Made by a program: the position numbers and the translations under genes. A DNA stretch of 63,533 nt, from positions 1 through 63,533 of the IMG/VR virus record IMGVR_UViG_3300020430_000014. One strand, written 5' to 3'. Position 1 is the stretch's first letter. Each line of letters opens with the position of its first letter. The notes beneath the pieces are model-generated. The model was not told the origin of the DNA and did no database searches. It saw only the letters and a list, made by a program, of their open reading frames with translations. This document shows positions 29,028 to 37,395 of the stretch, one piece after another. This stretch comes from a virus (taxonomy: Duplodnaviria > Caudoviricetes).

Positions 29028-30110
29028 ATGGATTTTAGAACGATCAAAGAGGAATATAAAAGCATCTATACCTCTGCACCTCAGAACCTGTCTGAAGAGA
29101 CCGAGGTTGTTGAGCAAGAGATTGTTGAAGACTACTCTGCTGATTTTGAAGAGTTGACTGAAGAAGTCATCGATGAGATCGTCGTTGATATGTTGGACGA
29201 AGGTTATACTGGTGAAGAGATCCTTGATGGATTTGATGATCTTCTTGAGGCAATGACTCCTAAGCAAAAGGAGATGCGTGCTAAATTTAAGGCACAGCAA
29301 GCAAAAGATGATGCTGCCACTAGTCAGAGCAAGAGAGCAAACCTTCGCGCTAAGGCAGTCTCTGATGCCAAGGCAAAGGTAAAAGGTACTGTCAAGAAGG
29401 GTATTGAGAAGGCAGGTGCTGCTGCTAAGAAGGCAGGTGATGACGCTAAGACTGCTGCATCTAATAAAATCAATAAGGCAAAGTCTAAGATCGCTATGGG
29501 CGCTCTGAAGGCGACTGGAACCAAACTGAAGGGTAAGAAGGGTCAAGACCTGTCATACTCTCAGACCATGACTGGTCACAAGTCCGTAAGAGACAAGGCG
29601 AAGGCAGCAATTAAAGCAAAGGCAAAAGCAAAGGCAGCAGAAGCAGGTGACAAGGCAAAGGCAGCTGCTAAGAAGGCAGGTGGTGCTGCTAAGACCGCAG
29701 GATATGCTGCTGTAGGTGCTGGTATGGCAGCAGGAAAGGCAGCAAAGGATGCTGCAAGTTCTGCTAAGAAAGCAGTCAAGAAGAAGGCAGCATCTGCTGC
29801 AGTCTCTGGATACGCTGCTGCCAAGGCTGTTAAGGATAAGGCAACTGATGCCAAGAACAGAGTGAAGCAGGGCATCAAGAACAGAATCGCTCAAGCGAAG
29901 CGTAATGTTAAGGGTGCAGTCGGTAAGGCAGCACGTAAGGTTGCTGACAAGGCAGGCGGAGTCGCTTCTAGAATGGGTGAAGAGACCAACTATGATCTCG
30001 TTCTTAAGTACCTCTACGTGGAGGGTCATGTAGAGACACTAGAAGAAGCAGAAGTACTGATGGTCAACCTCACTACTGAGGATGTCCAGGCGATCCTAGA
30101 AGACTGCTGA
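29028..30110 (+). CDS. Lys/Ala-rich (histone H1-like) candidate internal protein
   Basis: Acidic N- and C-termini flanking ~240 aa of AK-rich sequence; TAAATA upstream. Confidence 0.7.
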   Translation: MDFRTIKEEYKSIYTSAPQNLSEETEVVEQEIVEDYSADFEELTEEVIDEIVVDMLDEGYTGEEILDGFDDLLEAMTPKQKEMRAKFKAQQAKDDAATSQSKRANLRAKAVSDAKAKVKGTVKKGIEKAGAAAKKAGDDAKTAASNKINKAKSKIAMGALKATGTKLKGKKGQDLSYSQTMTGHKSVRDKAKAAIKAKAKAKAAEAGDKAKAAAKKAGGAAKTAGYAAVGAGMAAGKAAKDAASSAKKAVKKKAASAAVSGYAAAKAVKDKATDAKNRVKQGIKNRIAQAKRNVKGAVGKAARKVADKAGGVASRMGEETNYDLVLKYLYVEGHVETLEEAEVLMVNLTTEDVQAILEDC

Positions 30111-30126
30111 ACTGAATAGAATGTTA

Positions 30127-30154
30127 AGAGACCTCCGCAAGGGGGTCTTTTTTT
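30127..30154 (+). terminator. rho-independent terminator
   Basis: agacctcc-gcaa-gggggtct then T run. Confidence 0.8.
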
Positions 30155-30183
30155 ATCTAAATACGGTAAACTAGGATATATGA

Positions 30184-30621
30184 ATGGTCGATTATGAAAA
30201 TCCTTGGATTTACATGGAACGAGCTTTTGATAGTTGCGATGTTGGCGACTACTTTGGTTTTGTTTATGAAATTACCAATCTCACCAACGGCAGACGCTAC
30301 ATTGGAAGAAAGTATTTTTGGTCGTTTAGAACACCAAAAGGAAAAAAACGCAAAGTAAAACAAGAATCTGATTGGAAAAAGTATTATGGGTCCTGTCCTG
30401 AACTTAAGGAAGACATTATCAAATTGGGTAAGCAGAATTTTAGCAGAGCTATTATCAGCCTTCATAAGACGAAGGGCAAAACTAATTTTGAAGAAACCAG
30501 ACAATTATTTGGGCACAACGTCCTCACCGAAGCCCTTGACGACGGGACTCCACTCTTCTACAATAGCAACATTCTCAGCAGGTACTACCGAAAAGATTAT
30601 TATGGCAGAGAAGACGACTGA
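30184..30621 (+). CDS. GIY-YIG-like endonuclease
   Basis: GFVYEITN...RRYIGRK, YYGS. Confidence 0.7.
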   Translation: MVDYENPWIYMERAFDSCDVGDYFGFVYEITNLTNGRRYIGRKYFWSFRTPKGKKRKVKQESDWKKYYGSCPELKEDIIKLGKQNFSRAIISLHKTKGKTNFEETRQLFGHNVLTEALDDGTPLFYNSNILSRYYRKDYYGREDD

Positions 30622-30799
30622 AGAACTTGTGAAGATGATTAACGATTGGGCAGTTGATCGTATCGAAGGCATGGTTAAGAGTAGTGATACTACTCAACGT
30701 CAGGTTCAAGATGCTCTTGCTCTTGCCGATGAGTTCAAAGAATGGTTTGAAGATGATGGGTCACCTGACATTGAAATTATGTCCATAGAGGAGTATTGA
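30602..30799 (+). CDS. hypothetical protein
   Basis: ATG 30602 preferred to the track start, which lies inside the nuclease gene. Confidence 0.6.
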   Translation: MAEKTTEELVKMINDWAVDRIEGMVKSSDTTQRQVQDALALADEFKEWFEDDGSPDIEIMSIEEY

Positions 30800-30895
30800 C
30801 ACCTAAATAATAAAATCCACCCAAGAGCAACCCTTGACAGTTTTACTTACTGCTATTAATATTCTGGTTTGCTTGTTGGATACCTAGCATTTTAA

Positions 30896-31087
30896 ATGAC
30901 TAACTTAACTAGGGACGCTTTAATCAAAGCAGTTGTCGCAGATGAAATGAGAAGCGTCAACGGCAATGTTTATACGGAGCAACTCAAAACCACATATCAC
31001 AAGTGGGAACACGCTTCAAGTCATGATCTCTGCATTAAGTACAATCAAATCAACAAAACAAGTGTCACTGTTGATGCGTTGAAGTAA
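30896..31087 (+). CDS. hypothetical protein
   Basis: Downstream of TTGACA(30834)-17-TAATAT. Confidence 0.6.
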   Translation: MTNLTRDALIKAVVADEMRSVNGNVYTEQLKTTYHKWEHASSHDLCIKYNQINKTSVTVDALK

Positions 31088-31114
31088 TAAATATAATTAC
31101 CTTGCAATCTACCT

Positions 31115-31426
31115 ATGGCAGATACAAAGCCCAAAGTAGATGAGAAGGAACAGGATGAAGATAAAAGTGAAGTTCTTGGTAATCTGGTGAAAGTTGTAGT
31201 CCTTATTTGGTCTGCATCCCTTCTCACATTCTCATACGTTAGACTTCCCAACGGTCAAAAGATTTTAGATTTCGATCCCACGTTCATCGCCTCGGTGTTT
31301 TCTGGATCGTTAGCTGCCTTCGGACTCTCTCCTGCTAAATCGGGTGGTAGTAACGGAACGGTTAAGAAAAAGAGAGATGAGGAACCACCAGTAGTCTCAG
31401 CTATTGACAAACCCAGGCAATCTTGA
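31115..31426 (+). CDS. two-TM membrane protein (holin-like position)
   Basis: Two hydrophobic segments, DFDPTFIASVFSG; next to a lysozyme-like gene. Confidence 0.65.
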   Translation: MADTKPKVDEKEQDEDKSEVLGNLVKVVVLIWSASLLTFSYVRLPNGQKILDFDPTFIASVFSGSLAAFGLSPAKSGGSNGTVKKKRDEEPPVVSAIDKPRQS

Positions 31427-31444
31427 TACACTCGTGGGGTCGTT

Positions 31445-32026
31445 TTGAATAACGCTATGAAATTCTTTGCCATTGCTGCACTAACTGCAATTGCGGGAAG
31501 CTCCGCGCTGAGTTCTGCCCCTCCTAAGGAAGAGGTCATTATTCCTGTAGTTGAATTTGAACCTGTTTCTTGGAAGTGTCCCGACTGCACTCCTGAAGAG
31601 AAGTATGTCTTGGAGGAACTCCAAGAACACACAAGAATTACTGATCGTAATGCCCTTGCAACTATCATGGGCAACATCAAACAGGAATCAAAGTTCATTC
31701 CTAACATCTGTGAAGGTGGTGCTCGCGTAAAATATGAAGACTGCCATGCGGGTGGTTATGGTTTGATTCAGTGGACTTCAATAAACCGCTACAATAATCT
31801 CGGTAAGTTTTGTAATAAATACGGATGTGACCCCAGCAGTTTGGAAGGACAGACTCGTTACATGATTAACGAGAACGTCTTCCAACGTAATCTTCCCATG
31901 TTTGAAGGCAGTGGTCAAACTGTCCATCAATATATGGTTCCTGCTTTTTATTGGTTAGGATGGGGCATCAAAGGTCATAGAGAGACCTATTCCTACGAAT
32001 ACACTAAGAAACTGGTTTTGTCATGA
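31445..32026 (+). CDS. phage lysozyme-like cell wall hydrolase with signal peptide
   Basis: ATIMGNIKQES and GYGLIQWT (Phage_lysozyme2-type); promoter TTGACA(31404)-17-TACACT. Confidence 0.75.
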   Translation: MNNAMKFFAIAALTAIAGSSALSSAPPKEEVIIPVVEFEPVSWKCPDCTPEEKYVLEELQEHTRITDRNALATIMGNIKQESKFIPNICEGGARVKYEDCHAGGYGLIQWTSINRYNNLGKFCNKYGCDPSSLEGQTRYMINENVFQRNLPMFEGSGQTVHQYMVPAFYWLGWGIKGHRETYSYEYTKKLVLS

Positions 32027-32466
32027 TTAAAAAAGCACTCAAGTCTATTAAAGATATCTTCATCCCAGTGAGGTCAATCGCTGCTGATATTACACTGGGT
32101 ACAGAGGTTGAGTGTGACATTGACGGGGAAAAAATTCCCTGTCAAGAATTGCAAGAACCAGAGTATTCGTACACGGGTGTTCCTGCTCCCGCATACCTTA
32201 CAGATGACCCTTGGTTTGGTCCTGCACCAGATCTCTCTGATAAGCAGAAGGATTATATGGCAATTGAAGCAGAATACAAAATGCAGGAAGCATCATCTCC
32301 TAGTGTAGAGTCTGAGGACATTCATGAGTTGATGTATCAAATTGCCACACAAACTGGAAGTCCAACAACTGTTCAATTGGATCCTCCTGGTGGTTCTGAG
32401 AACTTTCATGAGGGACCTGGCGGATGGAATTCTGGTATCGGTTATAATCAATTTAGGAGCAATTAA
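32023..32466 (+). CDS. hypothetical protein
   Basis: ATGA-coupled ORF. Confidence 0.65.
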   Translation: MIKKALKSIKDIFIPVRSIAADITLGTEVECDIDGEKIPCQELQEPEYSYTGVPAPAYLTDDPWFGPAPDLSDKQKDYMAIEAEYKMQEASSPSVESEDIHELMYQIATQTGSPTTVQLDPPGGSENFHEGPGGWNSGIGYNQFRSN

Positions 32467-32468
32467 AA

Positions 32469-32642
32469 ATGAGTGGAGTACCTACAGACGCACTTAATGA
32501 CTGGGGTCATAACGACCTTGAGGGATTCGCTAACTATATCGGATCCCCTGTACAGCACGTTAAGGAAATTGCCAAAAGGAATCAAAAAGAAATTGATAAG
32601 GCATCTGGCAAAGAAGTAGTTGACGAGAAAGAAGAGGACTGA
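32469..32642 (+). CDS. small hypothetical protein (57 aa, not in track)
   Basis: AGGAG SD; MSGVPTDALNDWG...EKEED. Confidence 0.55.
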   Translation: MSGVPTDALNDWGHNDLEGFANYIGSPVQHVKEIAKRNQKEIDKASGKEVVDEKEED

Positions 32643-32648
32643 TATAAT
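32620..32648 (+). promoter_or_regulatory. sigma70-like promoter for tRNA-Arg/Ala
   Basis: TTGACG-17-TATAAT. Confidence 0.75.
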
Positions 32649-32657
32649 AAAAACATT

Positions 32658-32731
<74 letters not shown>

Positions 32732-32733
32732 CT

Positions 32734-32806
32734 GGGGAATTAGCTCATTTGGTAGAGCGCCTGCTTTGCAAGCAGGAGGCGAGCGGTTCGATCCCGCTAT
32801 TCTCCA
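32734..32806 (+). tRNA. tRNA-Ala(UGC)
   Basis: Cloverleaf; G3:U70; cctgc-tttgcaa-gcagg. Confidence 0.95.
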
Positions 32807-32808
32807 TT

Positions 32809-33462
32809 ATGTACTACTTCCCAGATATTGATTCCATTTACTCAAGTCTTATGGGTGGATTTTTTACAAAGGATGAGATAAACCCTAATCTTAATTTACT
32901 CAATATCAACTACGAAAAATGTAGGGATGAGTATGAATCTGCTAGGCATCGACTAGTATTCAATGAGGGTAAAGAAGCATACCAAGATTGCAAGATTGCA
33001 ACACTGTTTGGTAGGTATCATCCTTCTATGGATCTTGCAGAACTCGAAAGGGTTTATGATCAGGGTGTTTATGTTGATCCAGAGCGGGAGATCTTCTACA
33101 CGCAGAATACAGTGTACGTGCCAACTCTGTTTAATCTCTGCTTAGAAGTGGGTATTCGCCAACGATGTTCAATTAATCTTCTGGAACCTGGTAAAGTAAT
33201 TGATTGGCATACTGACCTCGATCCTCAGGGAGACGATGACCTTATTATCAGAGGACTGTGGGGTCTCAGTGTCAACCCTCAAAATCAAGAAACCTGTCAA
33301 CTTCTAGTTGATAGTAAGGAAGGAGTTCAAAACCAAATATTGTCGAACAATAGTATGCACTTCTTCTGGGGAAGGACCAAGCATCATGTGTTCAATAATT
33401 TAACTACTCCTAGAGCATGCCTATCATTTGGTAATGTTGTTCCTCAGGAAAGAATACTCTAA
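32809..33462 (+). CDS. Asp/Asn beta-hydroxylase-like 2OG-Fe(II) oxygenase
   Basis: LEPGKVIDWHTD (HxD), HHVFN..TPR; start moved past the tRNA. Confidence 0.7.
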   Translation: MYYFPDIDSIYSSLMGGFFTKDEINPNLNLLNINYEKCRDEYESARHRLVFNEGKEAYQDCKIATLFGRYHPSMDLAELERVYDQGVYVDPEREIFYTQNTVYVPTLFNLCLEVGIRQRCSINLLEPGKVIDWHTDLDPQGDDDLIIRGLWGLSVNPQNQETCQLLVDSKEGVQNQILSNNSMHFFWGRTKHHVFNNLTTPRACLSFGNVVPQERIL

Positions 33463-33480
33463 ATAGTAAAAAAGTAAAAG

Positions 33481-33699
33481 GTGTATATGAGACAGTCACT
33501 AGTATTAGCGGCATGTTTAGCACCACTTGGATTAATTTTTATCATAATGAAGCTTGCTGTTTGGGTGTCTGCTGTAAAATCTGAATCTTCTTATGTCGGA
33601 AAAGAACCCTTTAGAAAACGAGGACCGTATGTGGCAGACGCATATGCAGACGTTGACGAGGAGGAAGAGGAGTATGGAGATCGCACAGATTATCGATAA
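33481..33699 (+). CDS. small membrane protein
   Basis: N-terminal TM, acidic tail. Confidence 0.55.
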   Translation: MYMRQSLVLAACLAPLGLIFIIMKLAVWVSAVKSESSYVGKEPFRKRGPYVADAYADVDEEEEEYGDRTDYR

Positions 33700-33820
33700 T
33701 GCTTTAGAAGAGTACTACTCAGAAAAGGGTCTTCCTGTCCCTAATTGGAAGTGTAAGAAGGATCCCGACTGGTGGATTGACTATCTAAAGGAATTGGGAA
33801 TTGACAAGGATAATCCCTAG
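33674..33820 (+). CDS. small hypothetical protein
   Basis: GAGGAG SD before ATG (MEIAQIID...). Confidence 0.55.
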   Translation: MEIAQIIDNALEEYYSEKGLPVPNWKCKKDPDWWIDYLKELGIDKDNP

Positions 33821-33829
33821 TGGTATAAT
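33801..33829 (+). promoter_or_regulatory. consensus sigma70 promoter
   Basis: TTGACA-17-TATAAT with extended -10 TG. Confidence 0.85.
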
Positions 33830-33835
33830 TTATCC

Positions 33836-34010
33836 AGAGAGGACTTGAGACGTTCCGACCAAAGGTGCCAAGCGGCGCGGATATACCGTTGCCCTGTAGT
33901 TTGGAATCAACCCCCTTTGGATGTTAGCGGTGGTACTGCTTCCTACTCCGTTACAAACTGTCAGTATTCTGGGTGTAGCGCCCACATAGCATACGGATAA
34001 GTGTAATGTT
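33836..34010 (+). ncRNA. structured ncRNA with pseudoknot, possibly manA RNA motif
   Basis: GC-enriched non-coding 175 nt between promoter and tRNA-Val; stems ccaaagg/cctttgg, tgggtg/cgccca, tccgt/acgga and crossing tagtttg/caaactg. Confidence 0.65.
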
Positions 34011-34012
34011 AC

Positions 34013-34084
34013 GCTTGATTAGCTCAGCGGTAGAGCATCTCGTTTACACCGAGGCGGTCGGCGGTTCGATCCCGTCATCAAGCA
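34013..34084 (+). tRNA. tRNA-Val(UAC)
   Basis: Cloverleaf; tctcg-tttacac-cgagg. Confidence 0.95.
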
Positions 34085-34101
34085 TTCTAAGTTACCAGGT
34101 T

Positions 34102-34347
34102 ATGTTAGTAAGATGTAAAGAGTGCAACAGAGAGTTGCATAGTACCAATAAAGTGCAGTGTTGTGGATGTCCAAACATGATGAAAGTCGTGGATGACACT
34201 GTAGGTGCTATGGACTTATCCCAAGTTGTTATTGTGGAGGGAGTTGCAGACAATAAAAAATCAGATACTCTCTCAAGAGAAGATAGAGCTTGGCAAGAGA
34301 ACCGACGCAAACGTAAGGTTCGTAGGTTAGATTTTGAAATTAAGTAA
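34102..34347 (+). CDS. small Zn-finger-like hypothetical protein
   Basis: CKEC...CCGC; start moved past the tRNA. Confidence 0.7.
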   Translation: MLVRCKECNRELHSTNKVQCCGCPNMMKVVDDTVGAMDLSQVVIVEGVADNKKSDTLSREDRAWQENRRKRKVRRLDFEIK

Positions 34348-34465
34348 TTAATTTAATAATTTTTACTGATTGTTGCCAAACTTAGTATAGAATTGAACAC
34401 ATAACTTGTTGACATAGTACAATTCCATATATAGAATTTATAAGTAAACGTAGCACTGTGCCTTT

Positions 34466-34717
34466 ATGGATCCATCTACTTCATATTCAGCATCTCTTGT
34501 TGGAGTTTATACACTCCTGGTTATCGTTCTGTTAATGATTGCCTATAGTGGAGTAGAGGGAACTCTGAGAGTATTTGCATATTTAGATTTAACTTTTAGA
34601 TATGCAATAATTAGATCTCGTATGTTCTTCATTGAACGTAAATTGAGGAAAAGATTACTCAAGGATACGGAAGTCTACACTAAACTCATCAAGGAGATTC
34701 AAGATGACCAACGATAG
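34466..34717 (+). CDS. membrane hypothetical protein
   Basis: TM segment; promoter TTGACA(34409)-17-TAGAAT. Confidence 0.6.
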   Translation: MDPSTSYSASLVGVYTLLVIVLLMIAYSGVEGTLRVFAYLDLTFRYAIIRSRMFFIERKLRKRLLKDTEVYTKLIKEIQDDQR

Positions 34718-34964
34718 GGAATTCTCCGACCTCAAACTTGAGAGGAAGGAATGTCCTAAATGTGGTGCAATTTGGATGAATGGTAATCACACCTGGGCAA
34801 CAGGTGCAAAAGGAAATGAAAGAGACCTTGCAGGATTGGTCTGTAACAAGTTAGGGGATAGTCGTTGTATAAATCCCCAAAGAGGATTTGAGGGTGGAGA
34901 TACTTGGGAAAAACGCTTAGACGATTTATCAAAAATGAGTGATGAGAAAGATGTCAATTTTTAA
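34704..34964 (+). CDS. Cys-rich hypothetical protein
   Basis: CPKCG...DLAGLVCN...CINP; AAGGAG SD. Confidence 0.7.
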   Translation: MTNDREFSDLKLERKECPKCGAIWMNGNHTWATGAKGNERDLAGLVCNKLGDSRCINPQRGFEGGDTWEKRLDDLSKMSDEKDVNF

Positions 34965-35166
34965 AAAACCACCACCGCCAGCACATCATCCTACCAAACA
35001 AGAAGTTCAGGAGATGATAGACGATGCAATACGCCAACATAATCGTAACGCTGGAATTATCAGTATGTTTGTTGGTTTTTTTGTTCTTGCACTTTTTAGT
35101 GAGGGTCTTCTTAGACTCATTGGAGTAGTACCTCCATTATTCCCCTGGCTCAAGATCACTTTATAG
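34951..35166 (+). CDS. small membrane protein
   Basis: DAIRQHNRNA plus TM. Confidence 0.6.
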   Translation: MSIFKKPPPPAHHPTKQEVQEMIDDAIRQHNRNAGIISMFVGFFVLALFSEGLLRLIGVVPPLFPWLKITL

Positions 35167-35181
35167 ACAAAAAAGTAGAAA

Positions 35182-35349
35182 ATGAATCCAAACGAGAAGA
35201 GAGAATTTTATAAAGGACTAAGAGAGCGTATCAATCAACTTAGAATGGGGCATTTGTTTGAAGAACCTTGCCCCTTGTATGAACCAGAATGGGAAGAGGA
35301 TCATGCGTGGGACTGTAGATTGACTTACGACCACGACGAAGAAGACTAA
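35182..35349 (+). CDS. small acidic hypothetical protein (55 aa, not in track)
   Basis: MNPNEKREFYKGLRERINQLRMGHLFEEPCPLYE... Confidence 0.55.
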   Translation: MNPNEKREFYKGLRERINQLRMGHLFEEPCPLYEPEWEEDHAWDCRLTYDHDEED

Positions 35350-35391
35350 ATAATTGACAAAATTAGGTTGATTCGATAGAATGTGCAATGT

Positions 35392-35465
35392 CGGGATGTA
35401 GCGCAGTTTGGTAGCGCATTCGCTTTGGGAGCGAAGGGCCGCAGGTTCAAATCCTGTCATCCCGA
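35392..35465 (+). tRNA. tRNA-Pro(UGG)
   Basis: Cloverleaf; ttcgc-tttggga-gcgaa; promoter TTGACA(35354)-17-TAGAAT. Confidence 0.95.
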
Positions 35466-35488
35466 TTCCATATAATTTTTTTAACAGC

Positions 35489-36121
35489 ATGTACGTAAGT
35501 AAATCTATAAATCAAACTGAAGAACCTGTTGTTCAAGGAACACATAGAATCGCTCAAAACCCTCTTGTTTACTATAGAGAAGTAATTCCTGAAAAAATTG
35601 TCAATGTGATGGCAGAAGAACTCACTGAAATGGAGGAGTTCGGTTCAACTAGATGGCATGACGCTGAAGTAGGTGGTGAAGCATCGGGTAGATTAGATAC
35701 TTCTGTCAGAAATTCAAAGTTGACCTGGTGGTATGAAGAACACTGGGCATGTAGTATTATCTCTCATTACATTGGTCTTGCTAATCGTAAGTATTGGGAA
35801 TATGACTTAAATGTTCTTGAAAGTATTCAAGTATCTTTGTATGGGAAGAGTGGTCACTATGGTTGGCACAGTGATTATGGAACTTCTGAAGATGGAAAGT
35901 TTACTAGAAAGTTAAGTGCTAGTGTGCTAATTACTGACCCTACAGAATACATGGGCGGTGACTTAGAATTTATTGATTATCATGGGAATGTTGTAAAGGC
36001 ACCCAAAGAAAAAGGATCTGTTATTGTTTTTGATTCTAGAATTCCTCATAGAGTTACTCCAGTAACACATGGAAAAAGAATCTCTCTCGTAACCTGGATG
36101 TACGGACCAAAATTAAGATGA
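35489..36121 (+). CDS. 2OG-Fe(II) oxygenase (prolyl hydroxylase / PKHD-type)
   Basis: YGWHSD, RKLS, YMGGDL, PHRVTPVTHGKRISLVTW. Confidence 0.88.
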   Translation: MYVSKSINQTEEPVVQGTHRIAQNPLVYYREVIPEKIVNVMAEELTEMEEFGSTRWHDAEVGGEASGRLDTSVRNSKLTWWYEEHWACSIISHYIGLANRKYWEYDLNVLESIQVSLYGKSGHYGWHSDYGTSEDGKFTRKLSASVLITDPTEYMGGDLEFIDYHGNVVKAPKEKGSVIVFDSRIPHRVTPVTHGKRISLVTWMYGPKLR

Positions 36122-36768
36122 GTATTACCAATCCTTGGCCAAGATTTACAAAGGAAGGATTTAAAAAAGAAAGGATCCCTGATGATCTTTACTTTGATAT
36201 GATGCTTGAATATAATAAGGCAAGATTTACGGACATACAACAAGATCCTTATTTTGAGCCACATTATGATCAGGTAGTTTCTGGTGGTGCAATAGCAATG
36301 CTGGACACTGATGAACCATTCTACCTAAGAGCAAATATTTCGGATCAAGCATTTGATCGTTGGGCAAAAAAACTTCAACCTCTTATGGAAAAGTGGTGTG
36401 GAGAAAAACTTAATTTTATTCAAGGGTATGGGATAAGATCTTATCACAAAGATTCAATGCTATGTGTACATAGAGATGAGATATCAACACATATTATTAG
36501 TCTCATTGTTCATGTGGATGAACATCCAGAAGTAAAGTGGCCTTTAGAGTTCATCGATCATGATGGAAAACTTCATAAAGTTACTTTTGATAAAGGAGAC
36601 ATGTTAATGTATGAAAGTCTCTGTGTTCATGCAAGAGAGACTCCATTTACTGGTGAGTATTATAGAAATATGTACTTCCATTGGTGCCCAGTAGACTGGG
36701 ATCCAACTCCATATCAAAACAACTGGGTAAGGTATCGTAGTATTCAGGAGGCATTAAATGAAGATTGA
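36118..36768 (+). CDS. 2OG-Fe(II) oxygenase
   Basis: GIRSY..VHRD, WPL, YES..VHAR. Confidence 0.75.
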   Translation: MSITNPWPRFTKEGFKKERIPDDLYFDMMLEYNKARFTDIQQDPYFEPHYDQVVSGGAIAMLDTDEPFYLRANISDQAFDRWAKKLQPLMEKWCGEKLNFIQGYGIRSYHKDSMLCVHRDEISTHIISLIVHVDEHPEVKWPLEFIDHDGKLHKVTFDKGDMLMYESLCVHARETPFTGEYYRNMYFHWCPVDWDPTPYQNNWVRYRSIQEALNED

Positions 36769-36934
36769 AATGTTTACTGTGAAAGAGTGGCAAGATAATT
36801 GGGAAACTCTTTTTGAAAGAGTGGAGAACGGGGAGACTATAGGTGTTGTCGCTGAGGACGGTCAGACAGCTGTCATGACCCCAGCGGATGATGAACTCAT
36901 ACGCATGTATACTGAACACAATGAGGCACCTTAA
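36758..36934 (+). CDS. Phd/YefM antitoxin-like small protein (58 aa, not in track)
   Basis: AGGAGG SD; FTVKEWQDNWETLFERVENGETIGV..DGQTAVMTP. Confidence 0.55.
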   Translation: MKIEMFTVKEWQDNWETLFERVENGETIGVVAEDGQTAVMTPADDELIRMYTEHNEAP

Positions 36935-37009
36935 GGGACTGTCGCATATTGGTTAATGCGCTCTGCTTATAACGGAGTCAATCGGGTTCAATTCCCGACA
37001 GTCCTACCA
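36935..37009 (+). tRNA. tRNA-Ile(UAU)
   Basis: Cloverleaf; ctctg-cttataa-cggag; encoded CCA. Confidence 0.88.
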
Positions 37010-37082
37010 GGGGGATTAGCAATCTGGTGAATGCAGCGAACTCATAATTCGCCTAAGGCGAGTTCGATCCTCGCATCCCCCA
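37010..37082 (+). tRNA. tRNA with CAU anticodon (elongator Met, or Ile2 if lysidinylated)
   Basis: Cloverleaf; gcgaa-ctcataa-ttcgc; paired 1:72, so not an initiator. Confidence 0.88.
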
Positions 37083-37136
37083 CTTGACGTTTTTACGTCA
37101 TCCTTGTAAAATACTATTGTCAACACTCACAGGACA

Positions 37137-37346
37137 ATGACAATCACCGTTAAGTTCAAGAAGGACATTCAGACTCTTAAGTCTGCTGCCAATGGAGATC
37201 TCTTTTTGGACGTAAAAAATCCAAAACTCTTCAAAAAAGTCCGTCGTTACTATGAGAACACTGGTGTTGTATTCTCTGGCGATCCTCTAGATGACTATGA
37301 TATCCTTATGGAATCTCTGTCAGCTGATCTTGAATCCGTTGTATAA
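37137..37346 (+). CDS. conserved cyanophage hypothetical protein
   Basis: LDVKNPKLFKKVRRYYE; promoter TTGACG(37084)-17-TAAAAT. Confidence 0.7.
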   Translation: MTITVKFKKDIQTLKSAANGDLFLDVKNPKLFKKVRRYYENTGVVFSGDPLDDYDILMESLSADLESVV

Positions 37347-37390
37347 GTTTCCTAGTTCTTAAAACTAGGTGGTGGAGTCACATACCCTTT
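37347..37390 (+). ncRNA. cis-element, possibly a partial wcaG-type RNA motif
   Basis: Hairpin cctagtt/aactagg followed by UGGUG in a 5' UTR. Confidence 0.35.
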
Positions 37391-37395
37391 TAAAA

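Noticed and set aside
29007-30029. Several minus-strand ORFs and apparent DNA repeats
   Set aside because: Consequence of low-complexity Ala/Lys codons; the repeats are coding and irregular, not an array.
30184-30621. GIY-YIG gene as a mobile homing element
   Set aside because: Short, with no DNA-binding extension or intron context; looks like a resident conserved gene.
33836-34010. tmRNA, RNase P RNA or group I intron identity
   Set aside because: No tRNA-like ends, tag peptide or conserved catalytic core recognised; too short.
32749-35488. Track starts at 32749, 34006 and 35408
   Set aside because: They begin inside or across tRNA genes; downstream ATGs at 32809, 34102 and 35489 are more plausible.
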